Origin: Candidatus Omnitrophota bacterium
Lineage (GTDB): Bacteria > Omnitrophota > Gorgyraeia > Zapsychrales > JAKLDJ01
Assembly: GCA_022703585.1 (NCBI GenBank)
Contig: JAKLDJ010000002.1
Coordinates: 283,413-347,412 of the forward strand
DNA: 64,000 nt
Reading direction: 5' to 3'
In this document: one piece after another, positions 38,412 through 47,151 of the stretch
How positions within the stretch are numbered: position 1 is the stretch's first letter
How the letters are laid out: each line of letters starts with the position of its first letter
The notes under the pieces: model-generated
The model's input: the letters and a program-made list of their open reading frames with translations, nothing else
Told to the model about the DNA's origin: nothing
Database searches by the model: none
Translations under genes and position numbers: made by a program

Positions 38412-39437
38412 ATGGCAACACCTTCCAACAAAATCTTAGTCTTGGGCGCCTCGGGTTACGTCGGCTCGCGGCTGGTTACCCTCTTGCTTCAGAAAGGCTA
38501 CACTGTGCGGGCAACCGCTCGCTCCCTTGATACTCTTAAGAAACGCCCCTGGTCCAAAGACCCAAACGTTGAATTATTTCCCGCTGATATCCTTAATCAA
38601 AATTCCCTGAAGCAGGCCTGTCAGGGATGCGGAACAGCGTATTATTTAGTTCATTCGATGAGTTCCTCGGGCAGGAATTTTGCGGATGCAGACCGGAAAG
38701 CAGCTCAAAACATGATCGCCATTAGCCCCGAATCAACTTTAAAACGCATCATTTATTTAAGCGGCCTGGGAGATGTCAAAAGCGATTTGAGCGAACATCT
38801 ACGTTCCCGCATGGAAGTTTGCCGCATCCTTCATTCGGGCAAAGTCCCAACAACGACCTTACGGGCGGCGATTATCATCGGAACAGCCAGCGTCCCCTTT
38901 GAACTCATGCGCTACCTGATTGAACGCTTACCGATTATGATAACGCCCCGGGGAGTCAACACCAAGGTCCAGCCCATCGGAATCCGCAACGTCTTAGGCT
39001 ATCTCATCGGCTGCCTGGAAAAAGAAGAAACAACCGGAGAAACTTATGATATCGGCGGGCCGGATATTATGAGTTACAAAGATTTAATGGGCCTCTACGC
39101 TCAAGTGGCGGGTTTTCCCAAAAGACCTGTTATTGCGGTGCCTTTTCTCACGCCGCGCCTGATTTCTTGCTGGACTCATTTAATCACGCCTATTCCGGAT
39201 TCCATCGCGCGTCCCCTGACCGAAGGCTTGACCAATACAGTCATCTGCCGAGAGAATCGCATTCAAAGAATCATTCCCCAGGAATTAATCAACTGCCGGC
39301 AGGCTATCCGCCTGGCCCTTAACCTGGAACAGAAAAATCTTACGGATTTACTGGGGCAGGATGAGAAGGAATTTATCGCCCCCGAATACAAATACCCCGG
39401 AGACCCCTTCTGGGCCGGTACGGCCAAGGTGAGATAA
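38412..39437 (+). CDS. atypical SDR / NmrA-like NAD(P)-binding protein with C-terminal DUF2867-like region
   Basis: ILVLGASGYVGSRLV Rossmann motif at the N-terminus. About 340 aa. The C-terminal third is non-SDR. Confidence 0.6.
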   Translation: MATPSNKILVLGASGYVGSRLVTLLLQKGYTVRATARSLDTLKKRPWSKDPNVELFPADILNQNSLKQACQGCGTAYYLVHSMSSSGRNFADADRKAAQNMIAISPESTLKRIIYLSGLGDVKSDLSEHLRSRMEVCRILHSGKVPTTTLRAAIIIGTASVPFELMRYLIERLPIMITPRGVNTKVQPIGIRNVLGYLIGCLEKEETTGETYDIGGPDIMSYKDLMGLYAQVAGFPKRPVIAVPFLTPRLISCWTHLITPIPDSIARPLTEGLTNTVICRENRIQRIIPQELINCRQAIRLALNLEQKNLTDLLGQDEKEFIAPEYKYPGDPFWAGTAKVR

Positions 39438-39452
39438 ATAGAATTTCTTAAA

Positions 39453-39917
39453 TCACTTTCCTTTATAACGGCTGCGGGTAGCGCGCTTGAGCTCTCGATC
39501 CAAGTCCCTCTTTTTAATCGTGTCCCTCTTGTCGTATAATTTCTTGCCCTTGCCGACGGCCAGCTCAATCTTGGCAAACCCGCGCTTATTAAAATAGATT
39601 CTCGTCGGAACCAGCATCAGCCCTTTTTGGCTGATGATTCCCATGATCTTAGCAATTTCTTTTTTATGCAGCAGAAGTTTTCTGGGCCGGTCAGGCTCCA
39701 GGTTTAGATAGCTTGCCTGAGCGTAGGGATTGATATGGAGGTTATACAGAGCGATTTCCTCGCCCTGGAGCACCGCAAAGCTGTCTTTAAAATTAACCCC
39801 TCCGGCCCGCAAGGATTTCACCTCGCCGCCTTTTAAGGCAATGCCACATTCCCAGCGCTCAAGGAGCACGAAATCCCGAAAGGCCTTCTTATTCGATGCA
39901 ATAACTCTTGATTCCAT
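39453..39917 (-). CDS. smpB: SsrA-binding protein SmpB
   Basis: KKAFRDFVLLERWECGIALKGGEVKSLRAGGVNFKDSFA...LYNLHINPY...RKLLLHKKEI matches the SmpB consensus throughout. Confidence 0.9.
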   Translation of the reverse strand: MESRVIASNKKAFRDFVLLERWECGIALKGGEVKSLRAGGVNFKDSFAVLQGEEIALYNLHINPYAQASYLNLEPDRPRKLLLHKKEIAKIMGIISQKGLMLVPTRIYFNKRGFAKIELAVGKGKKLYDKRDTIKKRDLDRELKRATRSRYKGK

Positions 39918-39956
39918 AATAGATTTCTTTCCTAAAACATTCAGCCACTATTGATT

Positions 39957-40913
39957 TTAGAATCCGACCAGCCACGCATAAGCAGACAGAAAGATAGGAA
40001 TTGTTATAAGGCTGGCTATGTAAGTAAAGAATATCCCCTGATTAATAAATTTATCTTCGGTTTTGTAATGACGACTAACAACCGAAAGGGACGTTGCGCT
40101 CGGCACCGCCGCCTCGAGAACAATCAGAAATCCTATCAAGCCTTTGATTTGAAAAGCCGAGGTAAATAAAAGCGCCAACAGCGGCAGCAGCAGCAATTTC
40201 CCTAAAACAACCCAAGAAATATCTTTTTTGTTCCCTTCGGATATCGCGATCCGGGCTAGATTCCCTCCCACGACCACCATGGCCAAAGGCAGGGCGCAAT
40301 CGCCAAGCATCTTCACCGGCTTTAAGAGAATATCCGGAATAAAACGTTGCAACCCTAACGCAATCAGCAAAAGAGAAATTAACACCGCCCCCAGAGGAGA
40401 GACTAACAGGTTCGTAAGGTCAAATTTGTCAATTTTGTTTCTGGTTAAAAGCCATACCCCCAGTGACCAGAATACCAGGTCAAATCCAATCAAGAATAAA
40501 AGAATGAAAATAAATAATTCCTGGGCTTGGGGTCCCGGGAACATTGTCGCCACCAACAGAAGCGGGACATAGCCGGAATTCTGAAATGCCACCAGTGAAA
40601 TAAATTCTTTCTTGGAAACAACACCTCTTCTAAGAATTAAGAGAAACCTTCCGACCAAGAAACCGCTTAAGGTAATACCAAAACTTATCAGCGGAAAAAT
40701 CCACCACGTCGGATATAACTGAAAATTGAACCTCTGTATAAGTTGGTTAAAAGTAAAAAAAGGAAGAAAAATCGTCACGACTAACCCGGACAACAGATTC
40801 AAGCCGTTATCATCGACAATCTTCTTTTTAACCAAAATATAGCCTACGGCGCCCATCAAGAATATCTGGAATACAGCCGAGAGGGTTGTTGCGAAAGAAA
40901 GATTTGCATTCAT
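39957..40913 (-). CDS. AEC-family (auxin efflux carrier-like) transporter
   Basis: 318 aa, about 10 TMs. Membrane-transport-protein family pattern: an N-terminal 5-TM block, a hydrophilic loop, then a C-terminal 5-TM block. Confidence 0.65.
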   Translation of the reverse strand: MNANLSFATTLSAVFQIFLMGAVGYILVKKKIVDDNGLNLLSGLVVTIFLPFFTFNQLIQRFNFQLYPTWWIFPLISFGITLSGFLVGRFLLILRRGVVSKKEFISLVAFQNSGYVPLLLVATMFPGPQAQELFIFILLFLIGFDLVFWSLGVWLLTRNKIDKFDLTNLLVSPLGAVLISLLLIALGLQRFIPDILLKPVKMLGDCALPLAMVVVGGNLARIAISEGNKKDISWVVLGKLLLLPLLALLFTSAFQIKGLIGFLIVLEAAVPSATSLSVVSRHYKTEDKFINQGIFFTYIASLITIPIFLSAYAWLVGF

Positions 40914-40986
40914 GGACGATATTATAACAAACAGTTTTAAGCTCTACCAACTCTATTTCAATTCCATTCACAATTCCGCTCAACGG

Positions 40987-41015
40987 TTGACATCAAAAAT
41001 GTTTACGATTATACT
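40987..41015 (+). promoter_or_regulatory. near-consensus sigma70 promoter TTGACA-17 nt-TATACT upstream of tRNA-Leu
   Basis: Hexamers at 40987-40992 and 41010-41015. The only plus-strand feature downstream is a hairpin at 41076-41104, then the tRNA. Confidence 0.55.
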
Positions 41016-41143
41016 GTTGGTGGTTTTGATTCTTGAAAGATTGAGCGGATCCTGCTTCGTCGAATACAGAAATTCGCGTCCCGCCTCAAGAAGCGGCGGG
41101 ACGTTCGAGCTTTTTCTAAATTCGTCAGTTAAGGTAAGCTCTC

Positions 41144-41228
41144 GCGGAAGTGGCGGAATTGGTATACGCGTACGCCTCAGGCGCGTATGGGGAAACCCTT
41201 GAGGGTTCGAGTCCCTCCTTCCGCACCA
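41144..41228 (+). tRNA. tRNA-Leu (anticodon CAG), class II with long variable arm, CCA encoded
   Basis: Acceptor stem GCGGAAG/CTTCCGC (7 bp). Anticodon stem TACGC/GCGTA with loop CT-CAG-GC. Variable-arm hairpin GGGG-aaa-CCC. T-arm GAGGG-TTCGAGT-CCCTC. Discriminator A then CCA. Confidence 0.85.
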
Positions 41229-41473
41229 CCCTGCCTCTAGACATAAAGGATTACCATCTAGAAAAGGGTGGTGCTGCTCCGCCTACCTCTAATTATGATC
41301 ATAGAAAAGACGGAGCCGCACTTGGTTTCTTCAAATTAGGATTATAGTAAAGGCAAATCGGTACCGGCATCCCCTAATCAACATTCTAGAAAAGTCGGTG
41401 CCGTACCAGATTGCCGATAGCGTTATCGCCGAAGAAAGTTGCCATATTCACAACCGGAGGATAAAATAAAACT

Positions 41474-42001
41474 ATGGACACCAAGAAAAATATTCCCCTA
41501 ATCGTCGGCCTCTTGATTCCGGTTTTAATGATCCTTTTTGTCGCCGCCAGCATCTATCTGCCGGGCTTATTCGTACAGCCCAAAGTTAGTTTTATTTTTT
41601 CGTACGGCGGCGATTATTATTCCCGGTCCCAATATGATATCCTCAACGGCAGGATTACCTTAAAATCGGCCAATTATCCCAAAAAAGAAAGCAATCAATG
41701 GAGCGAACCCCGGCGTGAATCCAAATTATACCTCTACGATGTTATTAGAAATAAGAGCGTAGAAATTTCTCTTGAGGAAGCGCAAAAGTTCTTTCTTGAT
41801 CCCAGCGTAAAGTCTCCCGACGGTTTCGAAATCACCCGCGGAGAGCATGGCTTTAGTATTTTTGAAATACTAACGACACACGGAGGCCGCTGGGATTCGT
41901 CGTTCATCACGGGACATAACGTCAGTAAAAGGCTCAACCTCCCTTATAAGGACCGTTATTACAGCCGCTATCTTGATTTCATCGGCTGGATAATAGAGTA
42001 G
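41474..42001 (+). CDS. membrane-anchored hypothetical protein
   Basis: GGAGG RBS. Single N-terminal TM (IPLIVGLLIPVLMILFVAASIYLP), then a 140-aa soluble domain. No recognisable motif. Confidence 0.4.
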   Translation: MDTKKNIPLIVGLLIPVLMILFVAASIYLPGLFVQPKVSFIFSYGGDYYSRSQYDILNGRITLKSANYPKKESNQWSEPRRESKLYLYDVIRNKSVEISLEEAQKFFLDPSVKSPDGFEITRGEHGFSIFEILTTHGGRWDSSFITGHNVSKRLNLPYKDRYYSRYLDFIGWIIE

Positions 42002-42004
42002 CCC

Positions 42005-42997
42005 ATGAGAAAAGAAGAACTCCTACAGTTGATCCGATGCCACGCCCGTGAAAGCACCATAACCAAAGAAGAGCTTATCGACGCCTATGAACAGGGCCTC
42101 AAATCTCCTGCGGCGGAAAGTCAAACCTTAATTCAAAGCCGCCTCTCGGCCATCCTTTATTTCATTGGCGGCTTAATTGTTGTCCTAGGGATAGCCATCC
42201 TGATCGGGCAAAACTGGAACAGCCTCAACGCCCCGTCTAAAATCCTTTCGACACTCGGCTCCGGAATTGCTGCCTTTGTTGTGGGGGTTCTGTTCAGCCA
42301 AAACAAAAAATTTGACCTCATCGGGCAGGCCTTCTTTTTTATCTCGGTTTTGGTCATGCCAACGGGTCTTAGCATCACCTTTGATATCGCCGGATTTGAC
42401 ATCGGCAGCAATACCCTGCAGTTTCTAACCTCGATTATTCTTTTGGCAACATTTTTGGGCGCTTACAGTATTTTCAAAAAGACGGTTCTTCTCATTGCCT
42501 GCTTTATCTTCGGGACATGGGCCTTTTTTAGCCTGACCAATCTTATAGTCGGCAACAATCCCATCGTCCGAGACTGGAAATTCTTTGACTACCGTGTGCT
42601 GATGACAGGATTGACCTACATATTCCTGGGCTATTATTTATCCGAGAATGACACAGAAAATAAAGAAACTCTCGCAAACTGGCTTTACGGCCTTGGAATC
42701 ATCGGCTTCCTGGGAGCCGCGCTTAAGCTCGGAGGATGGCCTCCCCATCAAAACCCCTTCTGGGAACTCGTTTTCCCCGGCCTTGTGTTCGGAACTATTT
42801 TCTTAAGCATTTATCTTAAGAATAAATCGTTCCTTCTTTTCGGCTCTCTTTATCTGATGGCTTATATCGGAAAGATTTCGGCGGAATATTTCGCCCACAG
42901 CCTTGGATGGCCTCTTGCCCTGGTCATCGCCGGATTGGCATTAATGGCTACCGGTTATTTCTCTTTCTATCTGAATAAGAAATATATATCCGCATAG
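42005..42997 (+). CDS. polytopic membrane protein (hypothetical, about 8 TM)
   Basis: 4-nt spacing to the previous gene. Soluble N-terminal 50 aa, then repeated hydrophobic helices. Confidence 0.4.
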   Translation: MRKEELLQLIRCHARESTITKEELIDAYEQGLKSPAAESQTLIQSRLSAILYFIGGLIVVLGIAILIGQNWNSLNAPSKILSTLGSGIAAFVVGVLFSQNKKFDLIGQAFFFISVLVMPTGLSITFDIAGFDIGSNTLQFLTSIILLATFLGAYSIFKKTVLLIACFIFGTWAFFSLTNLIVGNNPIVRDWKFFDYRVLMTGLTYIFLGYYLSENDTENKETLANWLYGLGIIGFLGAALKLGGWPPHQNPFWELVFPGLVFGTIFLSIYLKNKSFLLFGSLYLMAYIGKISAEYFAHSLGWPLALVIAGLALMATGYFSFYLNKKYISA

Positions 42998-43119
42998 CCT
43001 TGATTACTGCCTCTGAACAAATCCTCAGGCAAATTCTCCTTGCGGATACAATTATTCCATAATAAAATACACCTACCTTTATCATATTTATTCCAACACC
43101 AATAACCCGTGAGAACACT

Positions 43120-44550
43120 TTGAGCACCCCTCCAAAAAAAACTCAACTCGCCATTATCGGTGCCGGGCCTGCCGGATATCCGGCAGCCTTCTTAGCCTCC
43201 GACCTGGGGCTCGAAGTAACTCTTATTGACATGCAACCCAATCCCGGCGGGGTATGCCTCTATCAGGGCTGCATTCCCTCTAAAGCGCTGCTCCATGTCG
43301 CCCGAATTCTTTCCGAGGCCAAGGAAGCTAAGAATTTCGGCCTGGAATTTTCCCAGCCTACGATTAACATCGAGGCTGTGCGCGCATGGAAACAAAGCGT
43401 CGTTGCCAAATTGACTTCCGGCTTAGGGCAGCTATGCAAGCAGCGAAAGATAAAATTTATTCAAGGGACAGCGTCTTTTTTTAAATTCAATACCCTACAC
43501 ATTAAAAACAATTCGGGTGAATCAAGTGAACTGGAATTTGAAAACGCCATTATTGCCACCGGTTCTCACCCCATCATCCCCCCTGATTTTAAGAATCTCG
43601 GACTCTCCCATATCCTTGATTCAACCGCGGCGCTTGAATTAAACAGCATCCCTAAAAGTTTATTAATTGTCGGTGGCGGCTATATCGGCCTGGAATTAGG
43701 CACCATTTACGCGACCTTGGGCAGCCAGGTATCTGTCGCAGAGATGATGCCGAATATATTGCCGGGAATAGACCGGGACCTGACCACGATTCTCTTAAAA
43801 CGCCTGCAGAATACTTTTCATTCGATCATGCTTAACACTAAAGTCGCCGGCCTCAAAGAAACAAAGGACGGCATCCATGTCACCTTTGAAGGCGCCGATA
43901 TTCAGCGAAACGAACAGCTCTTTGAGAAGGTGTTGGTCGCGGTGGGGCGAAAACCAAACTCCGACGGACTGGGACTGGAAAAAACAAAAGTCGAAATTAA
44001 TCCCAAAGGGTTTTTAAGGACAAATCTGCAGTGCCAGACAACGCAACCCAACATCTATGCCATCGGGGATGTTGCCGGAGAACCGATGCTGGCTCACAAA
44101 GCAACTCATGATGCCCGGGTAGCCGTTGAATCCATTACCGGACAAAAGGTAAGTTTTACGCCTAAAATCATCCCCGGAGTTGTTTTTACCGATCCCGAAA
44201 TCGCCACCTGCGGATTAACCGAGCATCAAATTCAAAAAGAAGGCCTTCAGGCCAAGACCGCCAAATTCCCCTGGGCGGCCTCGGGCCGGGCGACAACGCT
44301 GGGACGCAATGACGGATTTACAAAAATCATCATTGACCCTGCGACGCAAAAGGTCTTAGGGGTAGGTATCGTCGGCGCAAATGCGGGCGAACTTATCTCG
44401 GAGGCCGTATTAGCCATCGAAATGGGCGCTACGGCTTCCGATATAGCATCGAGCATTCATCCTCACCCTGTCCTTTCAGAAACACTAAAAGAGGCTGCCG
44501 AAGTGTTCCTGGGACAATGCACCCACCTTTTTATTCCCAAACGCCCTTAG
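43120..44550 (+). CDS. lpdA: dihydrolipoyl dehydrogenase (E3)
   Basis: IIGAGPAGYPAA FAD motif. Redox-active disulfide GGVCLYQGCIPSK. NAD motif LLIVGGGYIGLELG. C-terminal interface His-Pro (HPHP...E). Confidence 0.85.
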   Translation: MSTPPKKTQLAIIGAGPAGYPAAFLASDLGLEVTLIDMQPNPGGVCLYQGCIPSKALLHVARILSEAKEAKNFGLEFSQPTINIEAVRAWKQSVVAKLTSGLGQLCKQRKIKFIQGTASFFKFNTLHIKNNSGESSELEFENAIIATGSHPIIPPDFKNLGLSHILDSTAALELNSIPKSLLIVGGGYIGLELGTIYATLGSQVSVAEMMPNILPGIDRDLTTILLKRLQNTFHSIMLNTKVAGLKETKDGIHVTFEGADIQRNEQLFEKVLVAVGRKPNSDGLGLEKTKVEINPKGFLRTNLQCQTTQPNIYAIGDVAGEPMLAHKATHDARVAVESITGQKVSFTPKIIPGVVFTDPEIATCGLTEHQIQKEGLQAKTAKFPWAASGRATTLGRNDGFTKIIIDPATQKVLGVGIVGANAGELISEAVLAIEMGATASDIASSIHPHPVLSETLKEAAEVFLGQCTHLFIPKRP

Positions 44551-44571
44551 CTTGAAATATCTTCTAAAAAT

Positions 44572-44602
44572 AAAAAAACCGTGTTGCCTAAACACGGTTT
44601 TT
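44572..44602. terminator. bidirectional rho-independent terminator shared by lpdA and the convergent response-regulator gene
   Basis: AAAAAAACCGTGTT-gccta-AACACGGTTTTT, with the A-tract upstream and the T-tract downstream. Confidence 0.8.
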
Positions 44603-44624
44603 AAAAATCTTTAATACCTTTCCT

Positions 44625-44999
44625 TCAGATTTCAACTCCCAGAACTTCCTTGACCACCGCTTTCACATCGTCGATTTCAAAAGGTTTCTTTAGGCAAGTC
44701 ACAGCCCCCAGCTCCTGGGCTTTCTTCTTTTTGTCCTCGACCGAATAACCGCTCATCATAATAACAGGCAAGTTGGGCGCTGCCTTCTTAAGATCTTGGA
44801 GCACCTCTGTCCCGTCTTTATCCGGCATTACAATGTCCAAGAAAACAACATCAAACTTACGCGCCCCCACGGCATCAAGAGCTGCCTTGGCATTATCTAC
44901 CACCGTGATAGCATGGCCGCTGTAGCCTAAGGTAAAATCAAAAAGGTCGCCTATAACCTTTTTATCATCAATAACCAGAATATTTAACTTCTGCCCCAT
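44625..44999 (-). CDS. single-domain response regulator (CheY-like receiver)
   Basis: LVIDD...D54 in FDVVFLDIVMPDKDG...T/S in MMSGY...K in LKKPF. 124 aa with no output domain. Confidence 0.85.
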   Translation of the reverse strand: MGQKLNILVIDDKKVIGDLFDFTLGYSGHAITVVDNAKAALDAVGARKFDVVFLDIVMPDKDGTEVLQDLKKAAPNLPVIMMSGYSVEDKKKKAQELGAVTCLKKPFEIDDVKAVVKEVLGVEI

Positions 45000-45035
45000 A
45001 GGATTCCTTCCTTAAACACGTATTATACAATAAAA

Positions 45036-46562
45036 TCAAATCTTCTGTATATTCAAATCTGATTGCGTTCCGGAGTCGACCGGGGGCAGCCAGATAATAA
45101 ACGTAGCCCCCTGATTAGGCTGACTTTCGATTGTGACCTCGCCGCCGTGCTCAGCAATAAGGTCCTTGCATAGCGCCAGACCGATTCCCGAGCCCTTTGT
45201 CTTAGTCGAAAAGAAGGGTTCAAAAATCTGCTGCTGCAATTCGGGAGGTATCCCGGGACCGGTGTCTTTAAAGGCAATGGCGATTTTATTGACATCTTTA
45301 TCAAAACGCGAAACAATCGTCATGTGGCGGCGCGACCCCTTGGGTAAAGCACTCATCGCCTGCATGGCATTGACGATAATATTCATAAAGATCTGCTGCA
45401 GGTGTACGGTATCGGCATACACCTGCGGGAGATGGTCATCTAAAATCAAATCCCAGTCAATACGCCGGATACGAAGTTCGTCGGTCAAAAGATTGGTAGC
45501 CCTTTTTACACAGCTGTTCACATCAATGCTTTCTTTCTTTATTTCCCGATGGCGGATCAACTCCATTAAATCTTCCAGCATCTCTTTTAGGTAAATCGAC
45601 TGTTCTTCCATAAGGGCAATCGGCCGGTAAAAAGGATCGGTCTCTTTCATTTCCTTGTGAATAAATCTGACAAAACCGTGGATCGCCGTAATCGGCTGGC
45701 TTATCTGATGCAAAATACCGGCGCTTAAGCTCGCCAAAACCGAAATTTTTCCCGACTCCAAAAGCTTAAGCTGGGTCGTACGCAGCTCCTCTAAGACCTG
45801 AGAAATCTCCCTGGTCTTCCCCTCGACTTCGCGCTCAAGTTCCCGGGCATGGCGTTCAACCATTAAATTACGGTATTTAATGATTGAATACATCATGCAT
45901 AAGATAAAACCCAAAACCGCCAGATAGCCAAAAGGATAGACGCCGATTCCATAACCCGGCAGGACATCGACATAACTGAACAGAATGAAAATAAACGCGA
46001 TCAATAGATATTTAGTGCGTTTTTTATCAAAGGTATTCGACAGGCTACGATAATGGCTAATGAGTTTTACAAATCCCAACAAAGGTACGGAGAAAATAAA
46101 TAATAATAAAACAGGATGTAGCCCGCCGGCTTCGGGATAAAAACCCCAGAAATGTTCCCGGACACCGCTTAAGAAGAGAGTGCTCCCCGTCAGAAGGATA
46201 AAAACAAAAGCCGTAGCGTAAATACCCCGGACAAAAAATTTTTCCTGCGGATAACTTTCGGTAAAATGAACCGCAATGTGAAAAATATGGACCGGAACCA
46301 AGATAAGGCCGATATAGAAAATTCGGGACCAAAATAGGGCAGCGACGCCATCATGGGAATTCAAAACAAGGCTATAGGCGTACAGCCAGGCAGCGTAGCT
46401 GGCGCACAGATACAGAAAAGAACGGTTAAGATAAGATTGCCTTTCGAGGCTGCGGATAAGAAAGCTGAATGTCAACACAAGAGTGCCGACAATGAGCGAA
46501 GGAATGGCGTAAGGATTAAAATAATAGTTGTGCGGATGAAAGATTTGAATAAAGTCGGCCAT
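45036..46562 (-). CDS. sensor histidine kinase with N-terminal about 7-TM sensing domain
   Basis: Seven hydrophobic helices. H-box LHQISQPITAIHGF. N/G1/F/G2 boxes (IIVNAMQA, DTGPGIP, FEPFFSTK, GSGIGLALC). Confidence 0.85.
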   Translation of the reverse strand: MADFIQIFHPHNYYFNPYAIPSLIVGTLVLTFSFLIRSLERQSYLNRSFLYLCASYAAWLYAYSLVLNSHDGVAALFWSRIFYIGLILVPVHIFHIAVHFTESYPQEKFFVRGIYATAFVFILLTGSTLFLSGVREHFWGFYPEAGGLHPVLLLFIFSVPLLGFVKLISHYRSLSNTFDKKRTKYLLIAFIFILFSYVDVLPGYGIGVYPFGYLAVLGFILCMMYSIIKYRNLMVERHARELEREVEGKTREISQVLEELRTTQLKLLESGKISVLASLSAGILHQISQPITAIHGFVRFIHKEMKETDPFYRPIALMEEQSIYLKEMLEDLMELIRHREIKKESIDVNSCVKRATNLLTDELRIRRIDWDLILDDHLPQVYADTVHLQQIFMNIIVNAMQAMSALPKGSRRHMTIVSRFDKDVNKIAIAFKDTGPGIPPELQQQIFEPFFSTKTKGSGIGLALCKDLIAEHGGEVTIESQPNQGATFIIWLPPVDSGTQSDLNIQKI

Positions 46563-46686
46563 AGAAAAAGAGAAAAGTCTATAATTAGGAAATCATTATT
46601 TCGCGCTTAAAAATTATTCTAACACGAAATAACGCATGCCGCCATTTTAAAAGCCGATTATTGGAGCTTCAATCAAACGGGAAAAT

Positions 46687-47151
46687 CTAGAATCGGAATT
46701 CGGCCTGCCCGCCCACGCTAATTCCGAGCCGGCGAGCGCAACCCGCATTGATTTCCAGGACATAGCGCGATGGCGCTAAGGGGCCATACGTCGGGCAGGA
46801 ATCGCCCGGACAAGGGGGGACATCCGTTTCGATAAAGATAACTTTTTTATCCTCGTCCATCCAAATCATATCCAGCGGGATTTTTGTATCTTTCATCCAG
46901 AACCTAACCACATCCGGGCCGGGAAAAACAAATAGCATGCCGGAATTCTTATCCAAAGACGTTCGAAATTGCAGCCCTTTGATCAAGTCCTCTTTCCGGC
47001 TTGCTATTTCTACATCAATACACCGGTTTTTAAAGCAAACTTTTTCTTTCGTTTCCGGAAGCGAACAGGATCCCCATAAAAAACAGCCTATGCAAAAAAC
47101 GATTATCGGAAATATCTTCATACGCCCTTCGTGCCTTAAAGACAGGATCAT
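46687..47151 (-). CDS. DUF192-domain secreted protein
   Basis: Signal peptide. GLQFRTSLDKNSGMLFVF....RFWMKDTKIPLDMIWMDEDKKVI matches the DUF192 (COG1430) pattern. Confidence 0.65.
   Translation of the reverse strand: MILSLRHEGRMKIFPIIVFCIGCFLWGSCSLPETKEKVCFKNRCIDVEIASRKEDLIKGLQFRTSLDKNSGMLFVFPGPDVVRFWMKDTKIPLDMIWMDEDKKVIFIETDVPPCPGDSCPTYGPLAPSRYVLEINAGCARRLGISVGGQAEFRF

Noticed and set aside
39453-41143. Searched around smpB for a tmRNA (ssrA) gene
   Set aside because: There is no tRNA-like 5' GGGG.../3' ...CCACCA pair with a resume-codon/tag reading frame. The only tRNA-like T-arm belongs to tRNA-Leu.
41150-41347. 65-aa ORF on the plus strand
   Set aside because: It lies over tRNA-Leu (41144-41228). 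The tRNA cloverleaf is unambiguous, so the ORF is spurious.
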